From contig NIVC01000110.1 in the NCBI GenBank assembly GCA_002269645.1, forward strand, positions 124,001-188,000: a stretch of 64,000 nucleotides of DNA. Direction: 5' to 3'. The position numbers and the translations under genes are program-made. Positions within the stretch are counted from its first letter, which is position 1; every line of letters starts with the position of its first letter. Under the pieces are notes generated by a model that was not told where the DNA came from, ran no database searches, and saw only the letters and a program-made list of their open reading frames with translations. This document shows positions 53,048-62,078 of the stretch, piece after piece. The DNA comes from Macrostomum lignano. Lineage: Eukaryota.

Positions 53048-53724
53048 ACTACTATATGAACCCGTATCCGTTGATTTTGCGAAGGTCCGTCGGGCTGATG
53101 TCGGCCTCTAGCACCGCGGCAAGGTGCTCCCTCGGGGTGTACCACCTCCCCCGGGGTGTACCTCCAGCGGGGTGGGCGTCCAGCAAGTGTACCTCCAGCG
53201 GGGTGGGCCTCCCGCGAGTGTACATCCGGCCGGGTGGGCGTCCAGCGAGTGTACCTTCAGCGCATGGGCCTCCCTCGGGGTGTACATCCGGCGGGGGGAT
53301 TCCCGCCCCTCCCACCAATGTCGTGTGCACGCGGTTAGTGTAGGAAGGAAACCCCCGATGCTGACGCAGCCCTGTACACTGAGCAACCGGCCCCCCATGC
53401 GGGGGACAGAGAGCAGCCCTGTAGCTGGGGACAGAGAGCAGCCCCTGTAGCAGGAGGGGTAGTGCGTGGAGAGCCGCCATCCCCCTGTAGCAGGGGACAG
53501 ATAACAGGCGACCCCTGTAGCAGTATGAGGTGGGGTACAAAGAGACACGGGGTGCTGGGACAGAGAGTGCGTGGAGGCACCCTGCGCTGCCCTGGCATGT
53601 CGCAGCACGCGGCGTGGACAGAGAGGGAGTGTGAGTCACACCCCCCGCGGAGAGAGCGGCCCAGTCTGGAGGCGTGGGACAGACCGGCGGCGAGTGATAG
53701 AGAGCTCCCCAGGCTGCAGAGGAC
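53048..53724. repeat. Left terminal inverted repeat
   Basis: 53048-53641 matches the reverse complement of 63009-63602 (594 bp, no mismatch seen by eye); an imperfect extension runs to about 53724. Confidence 0.95.
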
Positions 53725-53804
53725 TTGAAAAGAAAAAAACACGTATTTTAGTTGTTTCAGGTTCAGGCCATCCGGCAAACAGAGCAAAGCTCTCCAACAG
53801 TGTT

Positions 53805-54434
53805 TTATTTAGCATAAACTACGGGGTAGCGCCCCAACACATTAGCATAGTAGCGAACAGATGCGTTCTGCAAGCAATTAACAATCAAGTAGGAGTAGGG
53901 CTCCCTAGTGGCGTCTTCGTACATTTGAACAAAACTTTTTGGGTTAGCGGGGACAAGCTGCTTTGCAATATGGGCGACTGTACTAACGTCCCGTACATTG
54001 CGGAACAATACAAGGTAGTTTGCGTTAAGGGATTGAGTGCGGTGCTCCTTGCCCTTGGCAAACAGGTTTTGTACAAGGTACCAAAGCCGGAATCCCACAT
54101 GGCTGACTTTGCGAGTGAAAAATGCGGTAAAAGCAGCGTTTTTTTCCATGGCTTGCATTTGATCATCGACAACGAGTAGAATATTCGGAGCGGGAACATA
54201 GGTTTCAGGGTTAAATGTAGACGAGCGAAAATTGACAGGGTACGGTAATTCAAACAGTTCCGGGTCTGGATAGTGCCCAAACCAATCAACGCGAACAGGC
54301 TTAGGGTCCTGAAAAAACTCGTTTCGCAGCAATTCTTTAACAAGAGTTGTTTTTCCGCTCTGGTTAACACCAGCAAAAATCGCCGAAGTATTTGGAGCAA
54401 ACTTTAGAGCGTCAGGATCAATTGTTTGGTACAT
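53805..54434 (-). CDS. A32/FtsK-like DNA packaging ATPase
   Basis: Walker A GVNQSGKT, Walker B LLVVDD, and SH..LWYLVQNLF typical of Polinton ATPases. First ATG at 54434; the frame is open to 54458. Confidence 0.92.
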   Translation of the reverse strand: MYQTIDPDALKFAPNTSAIFAGVNQSGKTTLVKELLRNEFFQDPKPVRVDWFGHYPDPELFELPYPVNFRSSTFNPETYVPAPNILLVVDDQMQAMEKNAAFTAFFTRKVSHVGFRLWYLVQNLFAKGKEHRTQSLNANYLVLFRNVRDVSTVAHIAKQLVPANPKSFVQMYEDATREPYSYLIVNCLQNASVRYYANVLGRYPVVYAK

Positions 54435-54468
54435 TTTCAGGGCGAGTTGACACTCCAAATATTAAAAA

Positions 54469-54906
54469 CTATTTTATTTGTAGAACATGTTTTCGAACCA
54501 TCAAATCATTTTCAAGCAGATTGGTAGAGTAACATTCCCTTAAAATCTTTTCAATCGACAACCCCTCTAAAAAGTGCTTTTCGGCCACAAAAATCACATG
54601 CGGCCCACACGCTACACTTAGAGGGTGTTGAACAGGGTGACGATTCATAGCAACAGGTGAATGTACATGCATCGAGATCCAAGCCGAGAGCAATTCCGGC
54701 ACGGGTTCAATACACAGGGGGTCAAAAAATGTCACACTCTTATCATCGTGTAGGCAAATCAGTCCCCAGTGGGTGCCTGGCAGATTACCCGTGTCAAAAT
54801 TAATTACATATGCAGCAGGGTAAACAGGTGCAGGAATTCTGTCGAGAGGGCAAACGTGCACTTCCACAGGTAGTTTTAAACGCTCCAAAATTTCCAACGT
54901 GTTCAT
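54469..54906 (-). CDS. Adenain-like cysteine maturation protease
   Basis: GTHW, FFDP and Q..S..CG give the His-Asp-Cys triad with oxyanion Gln. Confidence 0.92.
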   Translation of the reverse strand: MNTLEILERLKLPVEVHVCPLDRIPAPVYPAAYVINFDTGNLPGTHWGLICLHDDKSVTFFDPLCIEPVPELLSAWISMHVHSPVAMNRHPVQHPLSVACGPHVIFVAEKHFLEGLSIEKILRECYSTNLLENDLMVRKHVLQIK

Positions 54907-56184
54907 ACGTAGTCCAGAATGGGCTGGCGGCCTCTAGTGATTTGCACCGCGTTGTCAAAGTAACCAAACACCAAAACGTTAATCCCGGCAGGTAGGGCTG
55001 CAGAAAACTTTATCTGTAGGGTCAGATTCCCTCTCTCGCGAGGCATGCTATGTCCACCCAGTTCCATGTCGGGCATTAGATTCCACGCAAATAAGCAGTA
55101 ACCGGCGCGATAATCCGAATATGACAGGTCAATGTCCAAATCGCGATTCATTTTCCCTAGGCTCTTAAACAGCATGGCGTACTCGCGAGCATAGTTTTGG
55201 GCAGCGAACCTTGGAGTGAATGGTTGACCGCACAGACTGACACCGTCCTTGTACAGGGCCACACTGTCAGCCCCAAATGGCTCGAAATTGAACGGATTAT
55301 GGGTAGCCACCCCGTTATATGCGGCACTATTTACCATCCCATAATGACAAGTTTAGGCTTCTGCTCCGGGAAAATATTATTGATTGACACGTCGCGAACT
55401 CCTACAGCGACAGAGGTGTTGTGTACAACGAGGCGCTCGATGGGGTAGACTGCATTCTGAGTTGCCAGCTGTTCTTCAATCTCCAAGGCCAGTTGGGGGT
55501 TAGCCTTTACCCGACGAACGTGTAATTTTGCATTTGAAGAACCAACTTTGCATCAACCCCTTCGGCGTGATTCTCTACAACGAATCCCGAATTTTGCAGA
55601 GTGAGCGTAACCACCATATCAGTGTAGGGTAGCAGCATACGATCGTTGGTGACAAAAAAGTCGAGACTAAGAGGGCCATACAGGTGAAATGTTCGAGAAC
55701 CGGCAGCCATCGCCTTGCGAGTTACAAAGCCAGGATTTCCAACCGCAGCCATTTGACCCCCAGCGTCTTTAGCGTAGCCCATCATCCGCAGTTGGTTAGA
55801 CTTTGAATCAGACCCATAACTCAAGCATGTACGAATGTACGCCTTGTAGGCGTGGTTGTTGTTGCTAGACTCGATATGTGTACCATTTATGGAAAGAGAC
55901 ACGTTTTTGAACATGGTCTCCAAGAGGTAATTGATTGGCGCCACGTTTGAATCCGCCGCCAAATCGGCTCCATTAGCTCTCTTAATACAACCTTTAATCT
56001 CGAGATCAATGTCATTAAGATCGACAAACGTCTCGCCGCCCACAATTCTAAACTCGACCACACTCGCATTTTCGACGCTGGCAACCGGGTGGATTTCTTC
56101 AGTAGTTGAACCTACAGCGGCAATCTGGTGGGCTCGAGGGGCAAAGAGCTCAAACTCGGACTTTGTACACAGACACTCGGACAT
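54903..56184 (-). CDS. Double jelly-roll major capsid protein (Polinton PY/hexon-like), two apparent frameshifts
   Basis: Begins MSECLCTKSEFELF; contains YNG...NPFNF, GYCLFAWNL and GNLTLQIKF. Adding one base at the runs near 55537 and 55338 restores a single frame of about 427 aa. Confidence 0.88.
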
Positions 56185-56213
56185 GTTTAGTAGACAGACT
56201 CGATTCGGCGAAT

Positions 56214-56558
56214 CTAATTGAAGCGGGGCTTTTTATTTATAGTGCTGAAAATGTCTGAATTGAGACGCTTCGGAGCCTTTTTTCTTCTTCGTCCGCTACC
56301 CCTTTGGGTAACCGTGTCTTTAAAGGCGTCCTTGGCAGCCTGAACAGAATTGCGCAGGACAGACTCTTTCAAATTGCCTCCTTGCTCGAGGCTATCGTTA
56401 ACAGTAGTTGCTAGGGCTCTAGTACCATGACGGAGAACGTTTTTACCAAAACTCTTTAGAATTGGCAACGCGAAGCGGGCAATGCTTCCAAACAAACCGT
56501 TGCCCCTCTGGGCGCCCGCGAAAACAGGCAAAGCTCCACCAATCAGAATAGAAGGCAT
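56214..56558 (-). CDS. Small basic core protein (pVII-like Polinton protein)
   Basis: QRGNGLFGSIARFALPILK amphipathic segment and QRGSGRRRKK basic tail; the Q-x-G-x-G motifs resemble adenain cleavage sites. Confidence 0.7.
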   Translation of the reverse strand: MPSILIGGALPVFAGAQRGNGLFGSIARFALPILKSFGKNVLRHGTRALATTVNDSLEQGGNLKESVLRNSVQAAKDAFKDTVTQRGSGRRRKKAPKRLNSDIFSTINKKPRFN

Positions 56559-56601
56559 GATTAAGCACTAGGATATAGTTTACTGAGGCTGTGCTGTTTA
56601 T

Positions 56602-57740
56602 TTATAGCTTCTTTTCGCGGATGTTAACGCTCAAGACGGTCTTGCCCCTCATTACTTTTGTCATATCCCTGCCCATATCATCGTTAATTTGTACTTCAAT
56701 AGTTTTGAATGGGTGCTTAACCAGTGGTAGATATGCCGGATTGACAAACTCGTAGTACTCGCGACCGCCCTGAACTTTGGGATCCATCGGTATAGCTCCC
56801 AACAGAGGAACTTTAACGTCTCCTACAATAACAGAATCGACTATGCTCGAATAGATGTACATTGTTTGTATTCCACCGGTTAATTCCATTGATGCGTTTG
56901 CGTAGAAATCCGATATACCGAAAAATGGGGTTGTATAATCATGCTCTGGGAAACCAAGCACGCTGGTCAAGCGCCCCAGCCCAAACATGTAATCCGTCGA
57001 GCCAATGTAATAACACCTATTCGTAACTTCGCTGTATCTGAAAAAGTCCGTTCTAGGTGCTGGAGCCGCTATGAGATCTTTGATATGTTTCCAAATTATA
57101 TCGTTGAGTTCCTCCACCAATCTTTTAGGTGTACTATAGTATCCTCCCTGCATAAAAAGATTTGATCAGACGCTGCGCTAGTAACTTGTCTTATTATTGG
57201 AGCATGGTCCATTGACTGTACAGTCGGTTCCTCAACAACTGCGGTGATGGAGGCTGCACACCCCGCGTGTAATACGAGTTCAGTAGGTAGATCCTCATTA
57301 GACTCGAAGCCGGCGACTAGTTTAAACACCTTGGGTAGGGTATCCGGGAATTTGATGCCGACGGTGGATTTTGAAGTATTCACAATCATAAAGGCGGTTG
57401 GGGATGTTCTTAAAAAGACAATTTTCTTATTATCCCCTTCAACGTATCGGATACCGTTTAGAAAGCCGGAAATACATTCTTCAGGGGTTTTCAGACCCGC
57501 TGCGAGACAAAGGTTTGCAAACGACGAAGCCGTCAAGAGGCCCTCCTGTTCGCGAATGGTGATCGGTATAGATTTTTTGAAAGATTCAAATTCTTTGGTA
57601 AAGTAGATCCGTTCGAGGCAAACCTCATGATTCGGAAAGTGGAGAGTGTCCGGTAAATTAATAAAATAATGAGCCGGATTATTTTCGGGATAGTGCTCGG
57701 GGCACGCATTGCTAGGCAGAAAGAGATGCATGGTAGCCAT
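56602..57740 (-). CDS. Minor capsid protein (penton, Polinton PX), one apparent frameshift
   Basis: N-terminal LFLPSN...YP.N....INLP; C-terminal MYIYSSIV...VGDVKVPLL...Y.P......IEVQI.DD.G. The two ORFs join if one base is added at about 57154-57163. Confidence 0.85.
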
Positions 57741-57743
57741 GCA

Positions 57744-58820
57744 TTAGTTATTATTACGTTGACGTATATTTATAACTTCATTTACAGGTACAAATGAATT
57801 AAAAGTGTCGGGATAACCGCGCCAGCTAACGTAATGGTGCGCAACACCATTTATTAACACGTTTCTACGCAAAACTTTATTGATTACAAAACGCTCGGGT
57901 CGGGTAGATTTGGACAGTTCATTGTAGTAAAACCGTCCCTCAATCACTTCACCAGACAAATCAGAAATACGATAAAAATGTGGGGGTCCAGGACAAACTT
58001 TGGATATAATGTACACCTCCTCACTATACATGTCGTACGCCTCCTTGTCGAATGCCCGCGAGATTTCGAAATTCTCACAAAATCCCCCTTTTTATATACG
58101 GGTCGTCTTTTTGCTGATCCGGGTAGAGCTTTTCCCACACACGCTTCTGATTGTGGAACCCTACACTTGACGGTTTCATCTCAATAGTAGAATGCGTCGT
58201 GTTGTTGTAATTACCTACCAAATTGGTAAGTAGTCAACCCAACGCCACGTGTTGTTGTGCTCAAAGTAGCGAGCCAGACGCTTTCGAAGAGTTCTAATCA
58301 GCCTCTCGGCCATGTTTGCCTTGTACACAGAGTTGGTGCTGTACATTTTAACATTATTGTCTTTTAGTATGCGGCGCATTCGCTGATTATAAAACTCGGT
58401 ACCCCGATCCACGTGCAGGTAAAGGGGGCGGGCAGGGAAATCATTCGCCAACATTGACTCAAACGCTGCGGGGGTATCACTCTTTAGTTTAATTGCCCTA
58501 CAAAAAGCCTGCTTACTAAGCACATCAATAACAACTAGTATATATTTATGTCCGTCATTCCAACGTTTGTATCGCGACATGTCCATCAAATCGGCTTGTA
58601 GAGTTTCCATGAATCCTCCCGACATTACTTTTCCCGTTTTAAATGTCCTGTTGACTCTCCGGTGACGGGTGTAACTCGGTTGGGTTTCTAGCCATTCCCT
58701 GGTTTGGCGTCTTGTCAGGTTTGGCGCCAGACGTTTGGCCTCCTGATAGACACGGGCAGCATTTGAAAAAGCGGCGGCTCCTTGTTCGTAAACTCGACGA
58801 AGAGCGGTTAGAGCCCTCAT
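57744..58820 (-). CDS. Retroviral-like (rve) integrase with C-terminal chromodomain-like region, three apparent frameshifts
   Basis: DDE motifs QADL / VDRGTEF / AERL; YILVVIDVLSK; downstream KKGDFVRISK and G.FY..EL; VSWRGYP..FNSFV. Single-base losses at about 58223, 58121 and 58055. Confidence 0.9.
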
Positions 58821-58997
58821 TGACAACAAGTGTGGATGCGCAGCATGAATAGTTGCACGTAATGTCGGCTGGGGAGTTGTCTACACAAAGCTTTGACGCG
58901 GCTGCTGCTGCGCCCATGACCGCCGGGCGCGCGGTTATGTTTGGACTAGGGTTCTATTTATAAAGAGTCACGTATTTTTTCTTTTTCTCGGGTGGTC

Positions 58998-59579
58998 TTA
59001 GTTGGTAATCGTGATATTTACCCACCCGGTACCTTGATCGACAAGTTTGGGCATAGCATTTACACCTTTGTTGCGCGTGGTCGTTAAATCGCGGGTGTCT
59101 GTCGCAATTGTGTGCTCATATTCATCGCGGTAATCGTCGGTACCAACCATATGGTCAACCTTCTTTTCCTCCACAGGGAGCTGTTTCCGACCGAGCATAG
59201 ACATTGGTATACGGGCCTTGTCTAGCAGAGCCCAGAAAGCGGTCGAATATTTCGGGTGATTATTAGTGTTGGTGGTGACGGCTTGTAGAAGATCAAAAAC
59301 GTTGCTGCCACCCCAAGTTTCACCATCAAAAACGACTTCCCACGATTGGTTGTAATTTAGGCTGGGGTGCTTTTCTGTTAGTATATTCCATATACGTTGT
59401 TGCCTATCAGAAAATAGCTGCTTTGTCGTCTTTTGGGGTTTTACTTTAGCCAATTGGGTCTGTAGCTTTGCATTGTACTCTACAAGTTTTTCGTACTCCG
59501 ATTTTGGGGCAATTTCTCGCGGAGTACCCTGTCTAAGCTGATTGAATTCCTCCTCGGGGACCACAACGTACTTGTCCAT
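58998..59579 (-). CDS. Conserved Polinton-type hypothetical protein (193 aa)
   Basis: YVVVP N-terminus, coiled-coil segment, and a W.VVFDG...GGSNVFDLL motif resembling a recurrent Polinton protein; family not assigned. Confidence 0.6.
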   Translation of the reverse strand: MDKYVVVPEEEFNQLRQGTPREIAPKSEYEKLVEYNAKLQTQLAKVKPQKTTKQLFSDRQQRIWNILTEKHPSLNYNQSWEVVFDGETWGGSNVFDLLQAVTTNTNNHPKYSTAFWALLDKARIPMSMLGRKQLPVEEKKVDHMVGTDDYRDEYEHTIATDTRDLTTTRNKGVNAMPKLVDQGTGWVNITITN

Positions 59580-59581
59580 TT

Positions 59582-59971
59582 TCAACGTCGTTGTCCTAGC
59601 AGACCACCAAACAGTCCAGTGATTAACGGTGCAGCAATCTTGGCGAGAATTGGTAGGAATCCTCCAACTTGAGGGTCCGATAGTATCATATTCTTCTTCC
59701 TATTTATAGACAGTTTTTTGTCGGCCATGTCATGCAGGGCTTCTCTATAACGTTTCAACCTTGCAAACTGTCTAGGGGATAGATCGATATTGCCCTTGAG
59801 TACATTGTGGCTTAACTCGCACAGACACTGCATCAACTCATTATCGGCTCCCCTAATAATGGCCCTCCTTCGATGTGGTCGCGCGTCACCGAGCTCCTCT
59901 AGCTCGCGACGGCAAGAACAAAGACGAGAAATTCCGTTTGTCATTATTAAGGTGGTAAGCATTGCGTGCAT
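59582..59971 (-). CDS. Small protein with C-terminal amphipathic helix (pVI/Cah-like)
   Basis: C.CE...NVLKGN..L core and QVGGFLPILAKIAAPLITGLFGGLL tail, typical of Polinton/adintovirus membrane-active proteins. Confidence 0.7.
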   Translation of the reverse strand: MHAMLTTLIMTNGISRLCSCRRELEELGDARPHRRRAIIRGADNELMQCLCELSHNVLKGNIDLSPRQFARLKRYREALHDMADKKLSINRKKNMILSDPQVGGFLPILAKIAAPLITGLFGGLLGQRR

Positions 59972-60009
59972 ACATGTGCATATTTTGTTTATTTATAAGC
60001 AAAGCATAA

Positions 60010-60528
60010 TTAGAGTTGCAGAATAGCAGTCACGTGGTCGTACATTTTACACAGTTCGTCATAGTTTCGTATTCCTAGGAACACTAACCGACCATTCTTT
60101 CCGCACAGCAGGCACTTGGCCTTGCGGAATGGGGACTTTATTACAAGCCCATTGAATACCTCACTCTCCCACTCAACCCAGCGCGAGCTCGAGTTGGCAA
60201 GGCGGAAAAAGTTTGGCTTAACATTAACTTCTGCACGATAAGTACCGGTAGTGATAACAACAGAGTTTGGTTTACATTGAGCAAAAAGACGCAGCACATC
60301 GTTGGTTGATTGGCAACCAAAAACAATGGCAGATAATGAACGTTTGAAAAAGTTTATTGTACACTTTCCGATCCTCAGGTTGTACAATGCCCGGGGTCTA
60401 TGAAACGTTCTAGCGCGCGCCCAGTCCAAGTTCGGTAGGTGGTTCCACCTTGCGCAAAACACCCTGTTTACGCACACGACGTTCTGCAAGCGGTTTTTTC
60501 GGTTGCTTTTGTTTCCGCTCAGCTCCAC
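60010..60528 (-). CDS. TATA-binding-protein-like ORF
   Basis: LQNVVC at the start resembles TBP LQNIVS. The C-terminal repeat EWESEVFNGLVIKSPFRKAKCLLCGKNGRLVFLGIRNYDELCKMYDHVTAIL resembles TBP [34 protein letters not shown]...IYPIL. No in-frame ATG precedes the domain. Confidence 0.6.
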   Translation of the reverse strand: MELSGNKSNRKNRLQNVVCVNRVFCARWNHLPNLDWARARTFHRPRALYNLRIGKCTINFFKRSLSAIVFGCQSTNDVLRLFAQCKPNSVVITTGTYRAEVNVKPNFFRLANSSSRWVEWESEVFNGLVIKSPFRKAKCLLCGKNGRLVFLGIRNYDELCKMYDHVTAILQL

Positions 60529-61090
60529 CAGCTCCGCGCTTGCGTCCTACCTTGATTTTTAACGGTGGAATCCAGTAGCAGCGGTCAAACGCCTGCTTGG
60601 GAGCTTCTATGAATTGCAGTTGTTGAATTTTCGGCACCGCGGTTAGAACCGAGTCGTGAATCACCGCCGTGTCTAGGGCGAACAGTACTCTATAGTAGCC
60701 CGTCTTGTTCTTGTAGTCGGTGCACAACTTGCCGCTCTTGTCGTACATTTTAAAGTCGTGAGCCAATCCGAATGCAGCGCTGTCGCAGCCAAAAGTGGGG
60801 TTGTACCCCAATAGCGCCATTCCTTGGATAGAGAGCTGGTGACACACGGAATTGAACGCTTCTGGTATGCAGCTCTCCAAGTGCTTTTGGGAAAGAATGA
60901 TGAATTCGCGGCCTTCATTGTCGGTTCTCACACCCTTGACAATCAGTACGGGCGTCGCATTGGCAAGATAGAGAGGGCCCTGTTCGTCGTACTCAATGTC
61001 GTACGTCTCGGTTCCGTTGTAGCTTGGACCTCTCGACTTGAGAGAGAATAGGTCGATCCTAACACTATTGTAGTCTTGAACGGTATCCAT
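60410..61090 (-). CDS. Hypothetical protein (226 aa from ATG 61090), beta-rich, basic C-terminal tail
   Basis: Intact ORF preceded by TATATAAG; no recognisable family. Confidence 0.65.
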   Translation of the reverse strand: MDTVQDYNSVRIDLFSLKSRGPSYNGTETYDIEYDEQGPLYLANATPVLIVKGVRTDNEGREFIILSQKHLESCIPEAFNSVCHQLSIQGMALLGYNPTFGCDSAAFGLAHDFKMYDKSGKLCTDYKNKTGYYRVLFALDTAVIHDSVLTAVPKIQQLQFIEAPKQAFDRCYWIPPLKIKVGRKRGAGGAERKQKQPKKPLAERRVRKQGVLRKVEPPTELGLGAR

Positions 61091-61178
61091 GTTGCTGCTG
61101 CTGCTGAGAGTGGGTCTCGCTCCTGAGCGCCTCCTTATATACCCTTGGCGCGGAGGGTGGGGTGGCTGGGCGTTTTTG

Positions 61179-61694
61179 TTATAGTCCTTCTTTAACGACA
61201 CTTTCCGGTGTTGGAAATCCGGAAAAAATAAACCTTTTGTTTCGATCTTCTGGTCGAGGGGTTTGAGGCGTGTCGTGAATGCAGCTGCAGTGAGGGTTGA
61301 TAGTCAACTTCGCTAGCACTGGTCTACTGTGTTTAGGTCGCCAAATCCTTTGGTGTTCCGTCCACGAGGGAGCAATCGGCTGGTGATTCCGGTACCGTAT
61401 TTTCTCACGATGATCCTCTTGTAATATTGGGGCAATTATCTGCTCCATTCTTTGAAGATTGGCTTTGAAATGCATCTTGTCTCTAAAGTAGTAGTCAATT
61501 CGGGCATCTGTATATTCTTGGGTGCTGTAAGGCCCTTGCCCAATTTCGTCTACCTCGACATTAAAGGTGACTAATCGTTCGGGAATTGGTTTGCCGTGAC
61601 AAATGCATAACCAGTCTGTGGACTTTTTCAGGGTCTCGTACTCTGCCCTTTCTTTGCTCGATAAAAGCGGGTAGTCTCGAGAAATCCAGCTCAT
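61179..61694 (-). CDS. Hypothetical protein (171 aa)
   Basis: Intact ATG-initiated ORF whose start overlaps the stop of the upstream ORF (ATGA). Confidence 0.65.
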   Translation of the reverse strand: MSWISRDYPLLSSKERAEYETLKKSTDWLCICHGKPIPERLVTFNVEVDEIGQGPYSTQEYTDARIDYYFRDKMHFKANLQRMEQIIAPILQEDHREKIRYRNHQPIAPSWTEHQRIWRPKHSRPVLAKLTINPHCSCIHDTPQTPRPEDRNKRFIFSGFPTPESVVKEGL

Positions 61695-62044
61695 TCCTCT
61701 GACTCGTCAGATTCGTCGAGAAAGAAATAGTGGAAGAAATTGTCGACTCTATTCTTTTCAACTGCACAAAGTATTTTGTCTGACAGGTGAAATTCGCAGT
61801 CTCCTTTTACGTACAGGCGCTTCCCGTCGATAACTTTGATAGATGCGCCGCCTCCGAGATCGTAATCTGTGCAGCTAGTGTCCAGAAATTTCATTCGATG
61901 CCATTGTGCTCGACTAAACACGGCTCCTGGACAGCTACAGTTTTGACAGTGGATGCGGAAACGCGGTTTGTTTGGGTCCCAATATCCCACTTCCAGCACT
62001 GCGTTGTCAACGTGGGTGTACACTATTTCCGATTGCCAGTACAT
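61691..62044 (-). CDS. Hypothetical protein, possible PC4-like ssDNA-binding fold
   Basis: GAVFSRAQWHRMKFLD resembles PC4 GISLNPEQWSQLKEQI; acidic C-terminus; TATAAATA lies 32 nt upstream of ATG 62044. Confidence 0.5.
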   Translation of the reverse strand: MYWQSEIVYTHVDNAVLEVGYWDPNKPRFRIHCQNCSCPGAVFSRAQWHRMKFLDTSCTDYDLGGGASIKVIDGKRLYVKGDCEFHLSDKILCAVEKNRVDNFFHYFFLDESDESEE

Positions 62045-62078
62045 TTCGATATTGTTGAGAAATACCAATTTTATTTAT

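Noticed and set aside
53052-53639. ORFs of 100-236 aa within the TIRs (mirrored at 62888-63598)
   Set aside because: GC-rich repeat sequence open in several frames, with no recognisable domain.
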